64,000 bases of DNA from the human T2T-CHM13v2.0 reference genome, Homo sapiens, in the NCBI GenBank assembly GCA_009914755.4, contig CP086569.2, positions 14,816,001 through 14,880,000 of the forward strand. Direction: 5' to 3'. Under the pieces are notes generated by a model. The model saw nothing but the letters and a program-made list of their open reading frames with translations, was not told where the DNA came from and ran no database searches. Below are positions 1 to 17,650 of this stretch, in pieces. Both the position numbers and the translations under genes were made by a program. Within the stretch, counting starts at the first letter, position 1; every line of letters starts with the position of its first letter.

Positions 1-947
1 TTCCATCTGAGGTACCAGGTTCATTTCACTAGGGAGTGCCAGACAGTGGGTGCAGGACAGTGGGTACAGCACACAGTACATGAGCCAAAGCAGGGCGAGG
101 TATTGCCTCACTTGGGAAGTGCAAAGGGTCAGGGAGTTCGCTTTCCTAGTCAAAGAAACGGGTGACAGACGGCACCTGGAAAATTGGGTCACTCCTAGCT
201 GAATACTGCACTTTCCCGAGGGGCTTAGGAAACAGCGCACCAGGAGATTATATCCCGCACATGGCTTGGAGGGGCCTATGCCCATGAAGTCTCACTGATT
301 GCTAGCGCAGCAGTCTGAGATCAAACTGCAAGGTGGCAGCAAGGCTGGGGAGGGGCACCTGCCATTGCCCAGGCTTGCTTTGGTAAACAAAGCAGCAGGG
401 AACCTTGAACTGGGTGGAGTCCACCACAGCTCAAGGAGGCCTGCCTGCCTCTGTAGCCTCCACCTCTGGGAGCAGGGCACAGACAAACAAAAAGACAGAA
501 GTTACCTCTGCAGACTTAAATGTCCCTGTCTGAAAGATTTGAAGATAGCAGTGATTCTCCCAGCACGCAGCTGGAGATCTGAGAATGGGCAGACTGCTTC
601 CTCAAGTGGGTCCCTGACCCCTGACCCCTGAGCAGCCTAACTGGGAGATATCCCCCAGTAGGGGCAGACTGACACCTCACACAGCTGGGTACTCCCCTGA
701 GACAAAACTTCCAGAGGAACGATCAGACAGCAGCATTCACGGTTCACAAAAATCCACTGTTGTGCAGCCACCGCTGCTGATACCCAGGCAAACAGGGTCT
801 GGAGTGGACCTCCAGCCAACTCCAACAGACCTGCAGCTGAAGATCCTGTCTGTTAGAAGGAAAACTAACAAACAGAAAGGACATCCACACCAAAAACCCA
901 TCCGTACATCACCATCATCAAAGACCAAAAGTAGATAAAACCACAAA

Positions 948-1965
948 GATGGGGAAAAAACAGAGCAGAAAAACTGGAAACTCTAGAAAGCAGAGCACCT
1001 CTCCTCCTCCAAAGGAATGCAGTTCCTCACCAGCAATGGAACAAAGCTGGATGGAGAATGACTTTGACCAGTTGAGAGAAGAAAGCTTCAGATGATCAAA
1101 CTACTCCGAGCTACAGGAGGAAATTCAAACCAAAGGCAAAGAAGTTAAAAACTTAGAAAAAAAATTAGACAAACTTATAACTAGAATAACCAATACAGAG
1201 AAATGCTTAAAGGAGCTGATAGAGCTGAAAGCCAAGGCTTGAGAACCACATGAAGAATGCAGAAGCCTCAGGAGCCAATGTGATCAACTGGAAGAAAGGG
1301 TATCAGTGATGGAAGATGAAATGCATGAAATGAAGTGAGAAGGGAAGTTTAGAGAAAAAAGAGTAAAAATAAACGAACAAAGCCTCCAAGAAATATGGGA
1401 CTATGTGAAAAGACCAAAAGTATGTCTGATTGCTGTACTTGAAAGTGACAGGGAGAATGGAACCAAGTTGGAAAACACTTTGCAGGATATTATCCAGGAA
1501 AAGTTCCCCAATCTAGCAAGGCAGGCCAACATTCAGATTCAGGAAATACAGTGAATCCCACAAAGATATTCCTTCACAAGAGCACCTCCAAGACACATAA
1601 TTGTCAGATTCACCAAAGTTGAAATGAAGGAAAAAATGTTAAAGGCAGCCAGAGAGAAAGGTCAGGTTACCCACAAAGGGAAGCCCATCAGACTAACAGC
1701 AGATCTCTCGGCAGAAACTCTACAAGCCAGAAGAGAGTGGGGGCTAATATTCAACATTCTTAAAGAAAAGAATTTTCAACCCAGAATTTCATACCCAGAC
1801 AAACGAACCTTCAAAAGTGAAGGAGAAATAAAATACTTTACAGACAAGCAAATGCTGAGAGATTTTGTCACCACCAGGCCTGCCCTAAAAGAGCTCCTGA
1901 AGGAAGCACTAAACATGGAAAGGAACAACCGGTACCAGCCACTGCAAAATCATGCCAAATTGTAA
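948..1965 (+). pseudogene. L1 ORF1 (RNA-binding protein p40) remnant, interrupted by stop codons.
   Basis: ATG at 948 in the canonical ORF1 start context. The C-terminal 113-aa piece (1624..1965) matches the conserved L1 ORF1p C-terminus (…LRDFVTTRPALKELLKEALNMERNNRYQPLQNHAKL). Upstream stops include tga at ~1093. Confidence 0.85.
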
Positions 1966-2028
1966 AGACCATCAAGCCTAGGAGGAAACTGCATCAACTA
2001 ATGAGCAAAATAACCAGCTAACATCATA

Positions 2029-5966
<3,938 letters not shown>

Positions 5967-7699
5967 TGAGTTAATAGGTGCAGCACACCAGCATGGCACA
6001 TATATACATATGTAACTAACCTGCACATTGTGCACATGTACCCTAAAACTTAAAGTATAATAATAATAAAATTAAAAAAAAGAAATTCCATTTAACAAAA
6101 GTATTTGATAATTTTTAAAACTTGTTTGAGCAAATAAAAAAGGATTATGGTTTGATTGGATAAGTGTGAGCTTAAGGAAAAGAGCTTTTCTTCTTTTTCT
6201 TGTTATTTTATGGTTTGGGAAGGCATCAAAGAGGAAGAGAAAAACAGGAAAAGGAGAGAAGGAGTGTGGTTGTACACTCAGATTGGTAATAGGAAAGACA
6301 TGGTCATAGGAAGGAACATTTGCCAGGGTCTCGTGCTTTTTCTACAAATAAAAGTAATTCTGTCATTTATTTGATACATATAAATGGATGTGACTGACAT
6401 ATTTTGTCACTTTTTAGGATCTCATCTTATGCATCATCATCCACATCATTACAAGCCTTCTCCAGAAAGATACTAAACTGTTCAAAAAGATTTTTTAAAA
6501 TTGCACAGATGTGTAAGCTTGTTGAACTTCGGCCACAAGACATGCATACTTCCAGAGGCAGTGGTAACTGCTCAGAGGCCCGGACTCTCCTATGTGACTT
6601 TAGTGCAGGAAGAACTTCTGTCAATCACGGACGCATCTGGAGACAAGTGAGAAACAGTAGATTGGTGAAGACAGACACCAGTTCCCTACAAACATGGAGA
6701 AAATGAAGAATAGGCCTTTTTAATGCTAAATTTTGTTTTCATGTATGGTGTCGCTCATTTCTATTGAATTACAACAGAGCTCAGTTTTCCCTGAATTTGG
6801 AGCACCAAATTCTGCCCCAAAAAGTAGAGTAACAAATACACAATTCACTCATAATGCTAAGCATAAATCTAATCAATAAAATATATTTTGACTAAATTAT
6901 TGATACGATATGAAAAATCAACTAAGATTATACAGCTTTGTTTATTCAAATCTTTCCTAAGATCATTTTTATCTTAGGTGATTTTTAAATGAAAATGTGT
7001 AATCTAAAATATACCAGTGAATTTAAATCTAAAAACGCTCCTACTTTAAGTACCTTATGCTGCTCTTTATGCAAAGGTAAATCAAAGTTCCCTCTATAAA
7101 TTGTGATTTACAAAAGACAGCCAAGCCAAAGGAACTCAATGAAATAAGCCGCTAACCAGATTTTACCTTGGAGAAATGAAAATTATTTCTTGAGGATGCC
7201 TTTTAATATTTGATTCCATTATGTGAGAGATTTTCCTGATATGTTATCTTATTTATATTTTCCCGTATTTTCCTCAATGCTGCTAATAGCTTTTGCTGCA
7301 CTTTTGTTTCACCATCTGAAAATTCACAAAACTTCTTGCTTCAAATGAAAAAATCCCAACTATTGAGCATGTTTAAATCTTTGCAGAGATTTGCCTTTTC
7401 TTAATCAAAGAAAGGTCTTTGTGTGCTAGAATATTATTGGTAATGTTTAAAAAAGGCCTTTGATTGATAGAGAAGGACAGTTATTTGCATTTAATTCACC
7501 CATATGCTTTCAAATCTATTATATCTTACTTTTTGGAAATTTTTTATGCTACAGATTAGTGCCTTGTAGCACAAACTTAAGTCAAAACATGTTATCAATA
7601 TAGACTGTTGCAGTGTATATTATAACAACCTAAAACGCAGAGAAGTTTAATTTGATACTGTTTTTTTTCTTGAAGGAATACTCACATACATGGTTTGAA

Positions 7700-7812
7700 A
7701 TGTGCATAGATATGCATGTCTATATAATTATAAATGCATGTGTATATGTATATGCAAATATATGTACATATACATATATATACACACAGACACATGCATA
7801 TACATAAATATA
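7700..7812. repeat. Imperfect CA/TA/TG-rich simple repeat.
   Basis: gtatatgtatatgcaaatatatgtacatatacatatatatacacacagacacatgcatatacataaatata. Confidence 0.6.
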
Positions 7813-9504
7813 CCTTGAGCATGAATCCCTGCAGAAATCGTTTTCATAGCTCACCAATGGTGAGTAAAGATACAGCTCTTTTAAAGGTTATAAGGATAAT
7901 ATATTTTCCCCATCAATGCTGATTCTGAGAAAAGAGCAATTTATCAAAATTGAACACTGTAAAAGAAAGGTGTCCACATGTCTTTACCTACATAAGTAAA
8001 ACAGGAAGAAAATCAGTAACATTATCCTTAGGTTTTGACAATGGTACTTGCTTCTTGTTGTTTTATTATTTCCTGAATTCATGCAGATGCCTGGCCATTC
8101 CTGGGAAGAGTGGATAACCCAGAAATCACTGTACTCCACAGAGCCTCACTGCAGTGTCTAAAAGCAGATGCAAATTAAAATGCAGGGAAAATAACTTTTC
8201 TGATGTTGATGCGTGTCATTAGGAAACACATTTATAAACATGGATACCTGATAATAGATATTGAAACCCATTTCCTGTGTGTTAAAATATTTAAAAAGTG
8301 AATATTCCAGGAATGTTTTGCAGCTTTGTACAAGTAACATAAATTGGACACCTCAGAATGAAAGTTCATGTTGGTTCTGAATGGTTCGCTGCAGCTCTTG
8401 TCACAGGCTGGGATGGATTTATCACACTGAGTTGTGAAATTACCTGGTTCTAAGAATTTTTGAGTGGCAAAAATAGAAAACAGTCTTCATTTGAAAACAT
8501 CCCTAAGCTTGAATAAATGGATACCATAGATAGCTTCTCTAAAACTATGTTTTAGTCTGGTGTCATTACCAGCACCTGAATTTCAAGTTCTTAAAATTTC
8601 AAAAATTAAAATTTTTCATTATTGGCTATCCATTGATCTTTTGCATGAACTTGTCATGAACAAATCCAAATGTTTATGCCAGCAAATTTCTGTACTATTA
8701 CATAGTGAAAAATGCTGGGAGTCTATACATAGATACAAAATATTATTAAATTATTACATAAATTTAATTTTATAAATTTAATCATGCTTCTTTTGTCTGG
8801 GTAATAGACATTGGACAGATATTTTTAGTTCAGATGGTGATTCTGAAGCTTACATCTCCCTTAAAAGAATCTAAAGCATCTCTTGTGGGCTTCTAATTTT
8901 GATATAAATAAATAATTTAAATTTTATTGGTGTTATTGGAAGAAAAATGCTATTAATAGGCTAGTAAAAAATGTGTTTCTCTTATGGATTTTAATAAGCT
9001 CCAGTATTATTCAAATGATCAAAAATATAGTTACAATTTTTTGAATTTTAAAAATGTGATGGCTCTAATAAAGGATAAAATCTATGCTTTTTAACAAACA
9101 TAGTTTTGGTGCCTAATTCTGTAATACATTTTATTGAAATTAGATTCATTTCTCTAATGTGAGAAAAATATATCCAGTAATAGTATTGACTGTTTAAAAA
9201 ATTGAGCTCATCAAAAATATTGTCATCAAATACAGGTGGTTAATTTGATATACATTGCAGTTACATGTTTTATTTTTATTTACAACATTTGCTCCTTAAT
9301 GATGAATTTATCTGTGTTACCCTGTTTTTCTACCTGGAACTCCATAGAATGATGTTTGCAAACCAACATGTGCTCTTTTCAGTGTTTTAATATGAGATAG
9401 TAGAGAAGATAAGGTTTATGGCAGTAATTTTTTGTAATGTGTATTAAACGAAGTTCAAAGATTAGAAATACATCTGTGTCCTGAAAATCTTAGATACATA
9501 GCCG

Positions 9505-9730
9505 ATTGTATACAGAGGTTCATCTCAAACTCAACACTATTGACTTTTGGGGCTGGATAGTTCTCTGTTGTGGGGGTTTGTCTTGTGCACTGTAGGTTTT
9601 TAGTAGCATCCACACTTTCTCCTCACCAGATGCCAGTTGCACCCTCCCCCAAGTTGAGACAACCAAAAATGTCTCCAGATATTGCCAGCTACTCCTTGAG
9701 GGATGGTACCTCTGGTTGAGAACCATTGCT
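9505..9730. mobile_element. Fragment of an ancient, unclassified interspersed repeat.
   Basis: The motif gggctggatagttctctgttgtggggg…tgcactgtaggtttttagtagcatcc…agatgccagttgcaccctcccccaagttgagacaaccaaaaatgtctccagatattgcc strongly resembles a common mammalian repeat consensus that I cannot name with certainty. Confidence 0.3.
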
Positions 9731-10120
9731 AGAGAATGATGTTTACTGAATAGATGAGAATTTGCCCTTTATAAGAAACCCAGTAAATTTCTAGAGCAAA
9801 AACTAAGGGACAGCTAAGAAGTTATTATGGTTGACTTCAAAAGCCTCAACTGTGTCTTTTATGTCCACTAAACAACTTAATTAAAAGATGGAATTTTGAC
9901 TCGTGTCTGTATCATACAAGTACAAATAGTAATTTTGCCCTATGTATGTGTAAATGTTATTTGTGATATTGTCTTATTTATTTAATGCCCTTTCTTATGC
10001 CGTGGGTTTTCAAGTTTACTCATTTCTATGGTTGCAAATAACTCTAAAACTTATTATATAAACTTTCATATTATAGGCAGAACACAATGGCTAAATATCT
10101 GTTTCATGTACTTCAAAGTT

Positions 10121-10215
10121 TATTATAAGATATATTATAATTATAATATATTATAATATATATATTATATATTATATATATATAATATAATATATTATAA
10201 GATATATTATAAACA
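10121..10215. repeat. (TATAT)n / (TATAA)n AT microsatellite.
   Basis: tatattataattataatatattataatatatatattatatattatatatatataatataatatattataagatatattataa. Confidence 0.75.
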
Positions 10216-10716
10216 GATATATAAAGATGTTGACTCTTACCTGTGATTTTGCATGGCCAGACTCGGTGTCAGGTACAGAAAGGATGGTCATGACTGTCTT
10301 ACCTCTACTGAATATTTTAGCGAGTTATATGATTTACGGAGTGATTAACAGAGGTCTACATAAAGTTACTTTTCCCCTTTACTTAATTATATTGTAGTGT
10401 GCAGATAAAAAAACTACTACCTTCTCATCCAAGTGGTCTGTAGAATTCATGTTCCTTACAGTGGTCATTTAAAGTCAATATTTATTTATTTATGTATGTA
10501 ATAAAAAAAGTTGGATTTTTGTGTATGTCTGTCATGTTATTTAGAGAGAAGTAATCTTGTAAAAATGTTTTGTAAAAAACAAAAAAATTGTAAATAGTCT
10601 TGATATTCTGTGACTCATTATTTTTATGTTAGAGTTTGTACAAACTGGTTCAATAATAAAGTATCCATAAACCACACCAAGGAGTCGACTCATTTATTTC
10701 TTAAAGAAACATTTTT

Positions 10717-10860
10717 GCTGGGCAAGTGGCATGCACCTGTAGTCTCAGCTACTCAGGAGACTGAATTAGAAGGATCACTTGAGTCCTGAATGTTTGAGAC
10801 CAGCCTGGGCAACATAGCAAGGCCCTGTCTCCAAACTTAAAGAAAAAAAAAGAAAAGAAA
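10717..10860 (+). mobile_element. Alu-related monomer (FRAM/FLAM-like half-Alu) with an A-rich tail.
   Basis: gctgggcaagtggcatgcacctgtagtctcagctactcaggag…ggatcacttgagtcctgaatgtttgagaccagcctgggcaacatagcaaggccctgtctc, followed by aaagaaaaaaaaagaaaagaaa. Confidence 0.6.
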
Positions 10861-11394
10861 CTTTATTGAATTTAAGAAGAAAAATGGACAGTTCCTGCTG
10901 CCAAGGAGATTCAAAAGCTCTCTTTCCATGTCAGTGTTAATGGAATTTGAGGTCTGGTAAATGTTAACAAGACAGCACTTCATCCTAATGAAAGTATATT
11001 GGAGTTTGACAACCAACACTTTAGGTTTCTATCATCATGTTTACAATTGTAACTCCTGATGGTTTCAGTGGTATATTAAGTCAAGGATATACAATTTTAA
11101 GCTGTTTTTCTTTTGCCACCAATATTTACTCCTAAAATTGTAGGATATGCAATGCCAATAAGCATTCACCTATATTTCAATCCTACTCAATTGTTTTTCA
11201 ATACTACGTACTACACTATAAGCCTTTAAATCTCCATTATCTAAATAGAGTTTTGAGAGGCTTGTACATCCCCACTTTGACATGCAATTGACCCATAACT
11301 GCTGATGAGTTGGAAAAAATGCCTAAGGAAAAAAAGCATAAGAAATAAAGGCTTTTAGGGTATTCACTGAAATTATAAATATTGTACCCATTAA

Positions 11395-11695
11395 GTAATT
11401 TCTTTTTCCTCCCACTCTCCCAGCCTCTGACCCTCCCACTCTTCCAAGTGTTTATTGTCAATTATCCTACATTCTATGTCCATGTGTACACCTTATTTAG
11501 TTCCCAATTATAAATGAGAACATGTGGCATTTGTCTTTTTGTGTCTGCGTCATTTCAGTTAAGATAATGGCCTCCATTCCATCCATGTGGCTGCAAAAGA
11601 CATGACTGCATTCTTGTTTATGGCTGAATAATATTCCATTGTGTATATAGGGACCACTTATATGCTGTTGGTCATAATGTAAATTAACATGACCT
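11395..11695 (-). mobile_element. Old LINE-1 (L1PB/L1M-like) ORF2-C-terminus/3'UTR fragment, minus orientation.
   Basis: The reverse complement reads …atggaatattatgcagccat…aagacatgtcttttgcagccacatggatggaatggaggccattatcttaactgaaatgacgcagacacaaaaagacaaatgccacatgttctcatttataattgggaac…gggagggtcagaggctgggagagtgggagg. This is the typical distal L1 ORF2/3'UTR sequence. Confidence 0.6.
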
Positions 11696-11699
11696 CTAT

Positions 11700-11875
11700 G
11701 GAAAACAATGTGGAGATTTCTCAAAGAACTAAAAATAGAACTACCATTTGACCTAGCAGTCCCACTACTGGGTATCTACCTAGAGAAAAAGCAATCATTA
11801 TATGAAAAAGAATACATGTTTATCACAGCACTATTCACAATAGTAGAGATATGGAAGCAGCTTATCAAGGCTCTC
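11700..11875 (+). mobile_element. LINE-1 ORF2 fragment in plus orientation, inverted relative to the adjacent fragment.
   Basis: aatgtggagatttctcaaagaactaaaaatagaactaccatttgacctagcagtcccactactgggtatctacc…cacagcactattcacaatagtagagatatggaagcag. This is the conserved L1 ORF2 segment just upstream of the minus-strand piece in L1 coordinates. Confidence 0.6.
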
Positions 11876-12837
11876 AGTGGAGGATTGCTTGACAATTTTA
11901 TGCCATCTTGAGGTTACAGAAAGAATGGAGGCTTGGATCTTGGCAACACAATTTATGGGAGGGAGAGAAGAGAAGTCCTGACTAGCAAAGGTGGTTTTGT
12001 TACGCAGATGAAACCTCCCAGGTCGCAGCCTTTAGAGAGAATCGATGGTGACTGTTTCTTTCAGACCTTAAAGGTGTTAGGCTTTTAGTTAATTTTTCCT
12101 AGATCCAGACACGGGGGCAGGGAGTGGGTGTCAGAGAAAGCCTGGCTGCAGAAATGCATCAATGCAGATTTTCTCTACATCTACAGATGCAAATTTCCCC
12201 CACAAAAGACGGCTTTGTAGGGCTGTTATTTTCAGGCCCTCTGAACAGCCATCTCTAAATATGTCAAAGAAGGGTTATTTGGGGGTGAAATATTTTGATT
12301 TCTTTCAATGGCTGCTGCCACACCTTACAGCATGAGCACCCATGCAAGTGGCCCCAGGCTTGATTCTTCCCAGTCCCTGAGGCCTGAAATTCCTGGGAGT
12401 TTTCCTGGGAGTTCTTATCCACTCATTGTTTGAGGCTTCACCCAGCCAATCAGCTGCACAGCTTGGGCACCTCACACTGGTCTCCAACCTCCATTCTTCA
12501 TCAAAGATCAGAGAAGCTGGGGCTGCTGACCCAGAGATCGGGCTTGAAGTTTGCAATAAGAATCCAACTTCCTTCACATTATTTTACTTCTTGAGCTACA
12601 CCACAGGGTAAACAGTTTCTCAGGGCCAGTGGAGTGTCCTGGCAGGGACTGAAAACCCAAGAAATATTTTTAGTATTGTTTCCATTGGGGAGGTTTTTTT
12701 TTACACAAATGAGTCCTGAGAATACAGCTTTGTTGTAAATTGGAGACAACTTTTACATATACCACCCATTGACGGAGCATGGTATCAAAGGAGGAAAAGC
12801 TGTAGGGGGATACAAGAAAAATTTTAAAAAAGAGTAA

Positions 12838-13135
<298 letters not shown>

Positions 13136-13270
13136 CCTTCTCTTGTGCGGAAACACAGAAAGTGTGCCTGCCTATCCTTTCTCTGCCTTGGTATTCCCAC
13201 CTAATAAGGATTTTGCCACTCACTTCATGGTTACTGTGAAGATGGTCATGTAACAGTGCTTGGAAAAATC

Positions 13271-13273
<3 letters not shown>

Positions 13274-13301
<28 letters not shown>
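13274..13301. repeat. (GT)14 dinucleotide microsatellite.
   Basis: gtgtgtgtgtgtgtgtgtgtgtgtgtgt. Confidence 0.9.
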
Positions 13302-13309
13302 CTAAAAAT

Positions 13310-14395
13310 GTCAGATGGAAGACACCAAAAGCAATGACAACAAAAGTAAAAGTTGGCAAATAGGATCTAATTAAACTTAAGAGCTTCTTCATAGCAAAAG
13401 AAACTGCCAACATAGTAAATAGACAAACTAGAGAATGGGAGAAAATATTTGCAACTTATGCATCTAACAAAGGTCTTATACCCAGCATCCAGCACCGATA
13501 AGGAACTTAAACAAACGTACAAGAAAAAAATCTCATTAAAGAGTGGGCAAAGGATATGAACAGACACTTTTCAAAAGAAGACATACATGTGGCCAACAAG
13601 CATATACAACAAAGCCCAATATCACTGATCATTAGAGAAATGCAAATCCAAACCTCAATGAAAGATCATCTCACACCAGGCAGAATGGGTGTTTTATTAA
13701 AAAGAAAAAAACAACAGGTACTGGCAAGGCTGCAGAGAAAAGGGAATACTTATACACTGTTGGTGGGGGTGTAAATTAGTTCAACCATTGTGAACAACAG
13801 TGTGGCAATTCCTCAAAGAGCTAAAAGCAGAAATACCATTTGACCCAGCAATCCCATTACTGGATATATTTCCAAAGAAATATACATCATTCTACCATAA
13901 GACACATGCATGTAAATGTTCACTGCAGCACTATTGACAATCACAAAAACATAGAATCAACCTAAATGCTCATCACTTGTAGACTGTATAAAGAAAATAC
14001 GGTACATACACACCATGGAATACTACGCAGCCACAAAAAAGAAAAAGATTATCTCCTTTGCAGGAACATAGATGGCCCTGGAGGCCATCATCCTTAGGAA
14101 ACCAACACAGGAACAGAAAAGCCAATACCACATGTTCTCACTTATAAGTGGGAGCTAAATGATGAGAACACATGAACACAAAAAGGGGAAGAACAGATAC
14201 TGGGACCTACTTGAGGGTGGAAGGTGGGAAGAGGGACAGGATCAGGAAAAATAACTAATGAGTACTAGGCTTAGTACATAGGTGATGGAATAATCTGTAC
14301 AACAAACCTCTGTGACAAGAGTTTACCCATATAACATACTTGCATATGTACCCCTGAACCTAAAATAAAACTTAAAAGAAGAAAAAGAAAATGGA
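13310..14395 (+). mobile_element. Old LINE-1 (L1PB/L1MA-like) 3' fragment: ORF2 C-terminus plus 3'UTR through the 3' end.
   Basis: gcaaaagaaactgccaacatagtaaatagacaaactagagaatgggagaaaatatttgc…gggcaaaggatatgaacagacacttttcaaaagaagacatacatgtggccaacaagcatat…agagaaatgcaaatccaaacctcaatgaaagatcatctcacacc…ctcacttataagtgggagctaaatgatgagaacacatg…cctgaacctaaaataaaacttaaaag. Confidence 0.8.
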
Positions 14396-16855
14396 ATTAA
14401 TCAGATAAAAAAATTAAAATGCCAAATCACTAAGGTGGGGGAGTGGAAGGTTTGTAATCCCTAAAACAATTTAGAGCAAGTAATAGAAAATTGAGTTGGT
14501 CGTATTTGTACCAATGCTTCTTGATATTCAATCCCTGGCAGTGACGGAATGAAATTTAGAATAAGATGAGGAAAGTGAGCAGTTTATGTAAGATCTGTGT
14601 AATAGAAGGTTCTAATCTACAGAGAACACAGTGAGAAGAATTTGCAAAAGCAAAATCTAAGAATGGAAACAAAATAGAATGAAGAGGGCATTTAGAAAGT
14701 AAGGCAAAGAAAGAATAAGATAAGGGTGGGGAGAGAAGGACAGACCATGAAACCAAAGACATAAGTATTGAAGACTACAATTCGTTTGCATCATAACTAA
14801 GGGCCAGAGGTCTGATTTAGATGCCACAGCAAATTTTGAAATGGGAACACGATAGAGTTAATATTATTGAGTAAATGTTACATATATTCTATATATGAAA
14901 TTGAAGTAGTTGGGAGAACTAGAACTGATAAGGAACAATGTGGAGTCCAAGGCTCCCTGCGTTTTGTGAAATTTAAATTCAAATCCAAGCCTTATGTCAT
15001 TTGCCAATCTTCTTTAAAGGAGTCTCTCCCTCTTTCTTTTTTTTTTTAACTTTGTATTTTGAGAAAATTGTAGACTCACATGCAATTATAAGAAATAATA
15101 GAGATTATGAATTATCCTGAACACTTCATTTAGTTTCCCACAATGGTGACATCTTTCAAAACTACAGTATAGTATCACAACCAGGAAATTGACATTGATA
15201 CAAACCATATCCTTTATTCAGATCTCATAGGTTTGATATACACACAGTATTGTGTGTGTAGGTGTTTGCATGTACCTGGTTCTATTCAATTTTACACGCA
15301 AATTATTTGCAATCTGTTTACACAAATGAGTCGTTGTGTTTTAAGTAGATAAACCTCTGAGGGACACAGAATGACTTAAAGAAATTAGTTTTCAGGAGGT
15401 ATGGCATATTTTTGCACATTTCCCCAGGGCTGAGTGCAACTTACTTTGTGCTGATTTTAACTTTAACATTCTAGGAATGATCTACTCAATATGCATGTGA
15501 TGCCATCTTCAATTTCTGTCAGTGAATTGTTTTCATAAAGTGGCCGAGCACATAACAAGTCTGTTTAGAAAAATCCATCTTGTCAAAGGAAACAAGATGT
15601 TTGAATATGGAAAATCTATAGATTTGAAAAATGAGTTCACTGAGAGAAATCCTGGTGCACATTTGTAGTCTAGACATGGATTTGAGAAAAGAAAAAGAAC
15701 AGTGAAATCCTTTATTGGTTGGAAAACTAAAGATTGCCCAAAGTAGAAAGAATAATCGAGTTTCAGATTAAGGTAATACTTAAAGATTGAGTTTTGCACA
15801 ATTGACTCTGATTATTAGCATGACTCTGACCCTGGGTCAGAGGCTTTCAAAACTGGCTGCCTAATAGAACTCCCAGGGGAGATTTTAAGAAGTCCAGTGT
15901 CCTCTGGCACCTAAAGATCAGGAAAGAAGTATCGACATTGCACACTAGTGCTAGTTTAAAGGGTCCCCAGGTGATTCTAATATGTGCCCAGTGCCACAAA
16001 CTACTCTTCCAGACCACGAGAAGCTATTGAATGATAAATGTTAGAAACATTCCTACTTGCAGAGCTGAAGAAGCAAAAAGTCATATTGAAGCATCGCATT
16101 TTTATCTCAGTGCACCAGAATATACTGAAGTTTTTCTCCTCAAATTCCCTGGATTAAGTTATATATAAAGATGTAGATGCAGACATGAAAATGCATGCAA
16201 ATACATACACATGTAGATAAATATAGATAAAGCTATCAAAGGCATCTTCCTTTCAATCTTCTTTTGAGTATAATTCGGAATTTATCCTGAGAAATACTGA
16301 TAAAATATAGGGCTAGGCAAATATAATTTGGGATGCTGTAGAGTGTTATTAGTAGAAACGACTTCTCTTTTCTGAGCCTTGTGAAATAGCTTTCAAGGGG
16401 CAGCTGGTAGTGATTTAAGGGCAGTCACAGAGACAGCCAATTAGAGTTAATCAGTCATTATATTTACAGCATCAGACTATCATGCAATACAAAACGGATG
16501 CCGACTTGACCTTTTCATCCCCTATATTTCCTTCCCCATCTCAAACAGCAGCCAATCTTATGCAATTGGCTTCATTATGAATAATGGGAAGCATCTTACA
16601 TTCCTTTGTAGGGTGGTCCAAGTCAGTATGGCATAGGATGGTTCACAAGGCCCTGTCTTTAGCTTTTTGTAGTTTACTTGAGAGACCACTAATAGAATTA
16701 ACCTCTACAGCTAATATTTACTGAGGAACCACTAATTGTAAGGTACACTAAGTTTATTACTGACATTCCTTCATTCATTTCTACAGCCACCCTATGGCTG
16801 GCCATATTTTAAAGCTGAGGACAGTGAGGCAAAGATCATTTAAACCAATAGCCCA

Positions 16856-17240
<385 letters not shown>

Positions 17241-17339
17241 TTAACCGTTAATCTTTTCTGCCTGTCAGACTGTCCTCCAATAAGGGCAAGTAGCAAAAGA
17301 TACTACATAGTTTGTAGCAAGTAAGCACATGGTTTTATA

Positions 17340-17650
17340 TATGTGTATATAAATGTATGGGTAAATATGCATATGTGTATGAAATATTCTGTATACATGC
17401 ATAGATGATATATGTGTGAAATATGCTATACTTCTGCATGAAATACTATTTATATGCAGAGTACTATGTATTATATATATGCATGAGATACTATATATAT
17501 TAGAATATTATATATCATAAAATATGTTGTATGTGTGTATAAATACTGTGTATATATGTATGGAATACTATGCATATAAGTATGAAATTTGATATACATA
17601 TGAAATGTATATGATAGTAAATGTATAGGATACTAAATATATTATCTATG
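17340..17650. repeat. Diverged AT-rich tandem (minisatellite-like) array.
   Basis: Recurring degenerate units of roughly 25-40 bp: gtatgaaatattctgtatacatgcatag / gtgtgaaatatgctatacttctgcatgaaatactat / atgcatgagatactatatatat / tatggaatactatgcatataagtatgaaat. There is no clean period. Confidence 0.5.

Noticed and set aside
12290-12620. Moderately GC-rich segment with overlapping ORFs (12305..12577 -, 12426..12611 +), possibly LTR-derived.
   Set aside because: I could not match it to any repeat consensus or protein from memory, and there is no poly-A, TSD or TIR to define an element. It is left unannotated.
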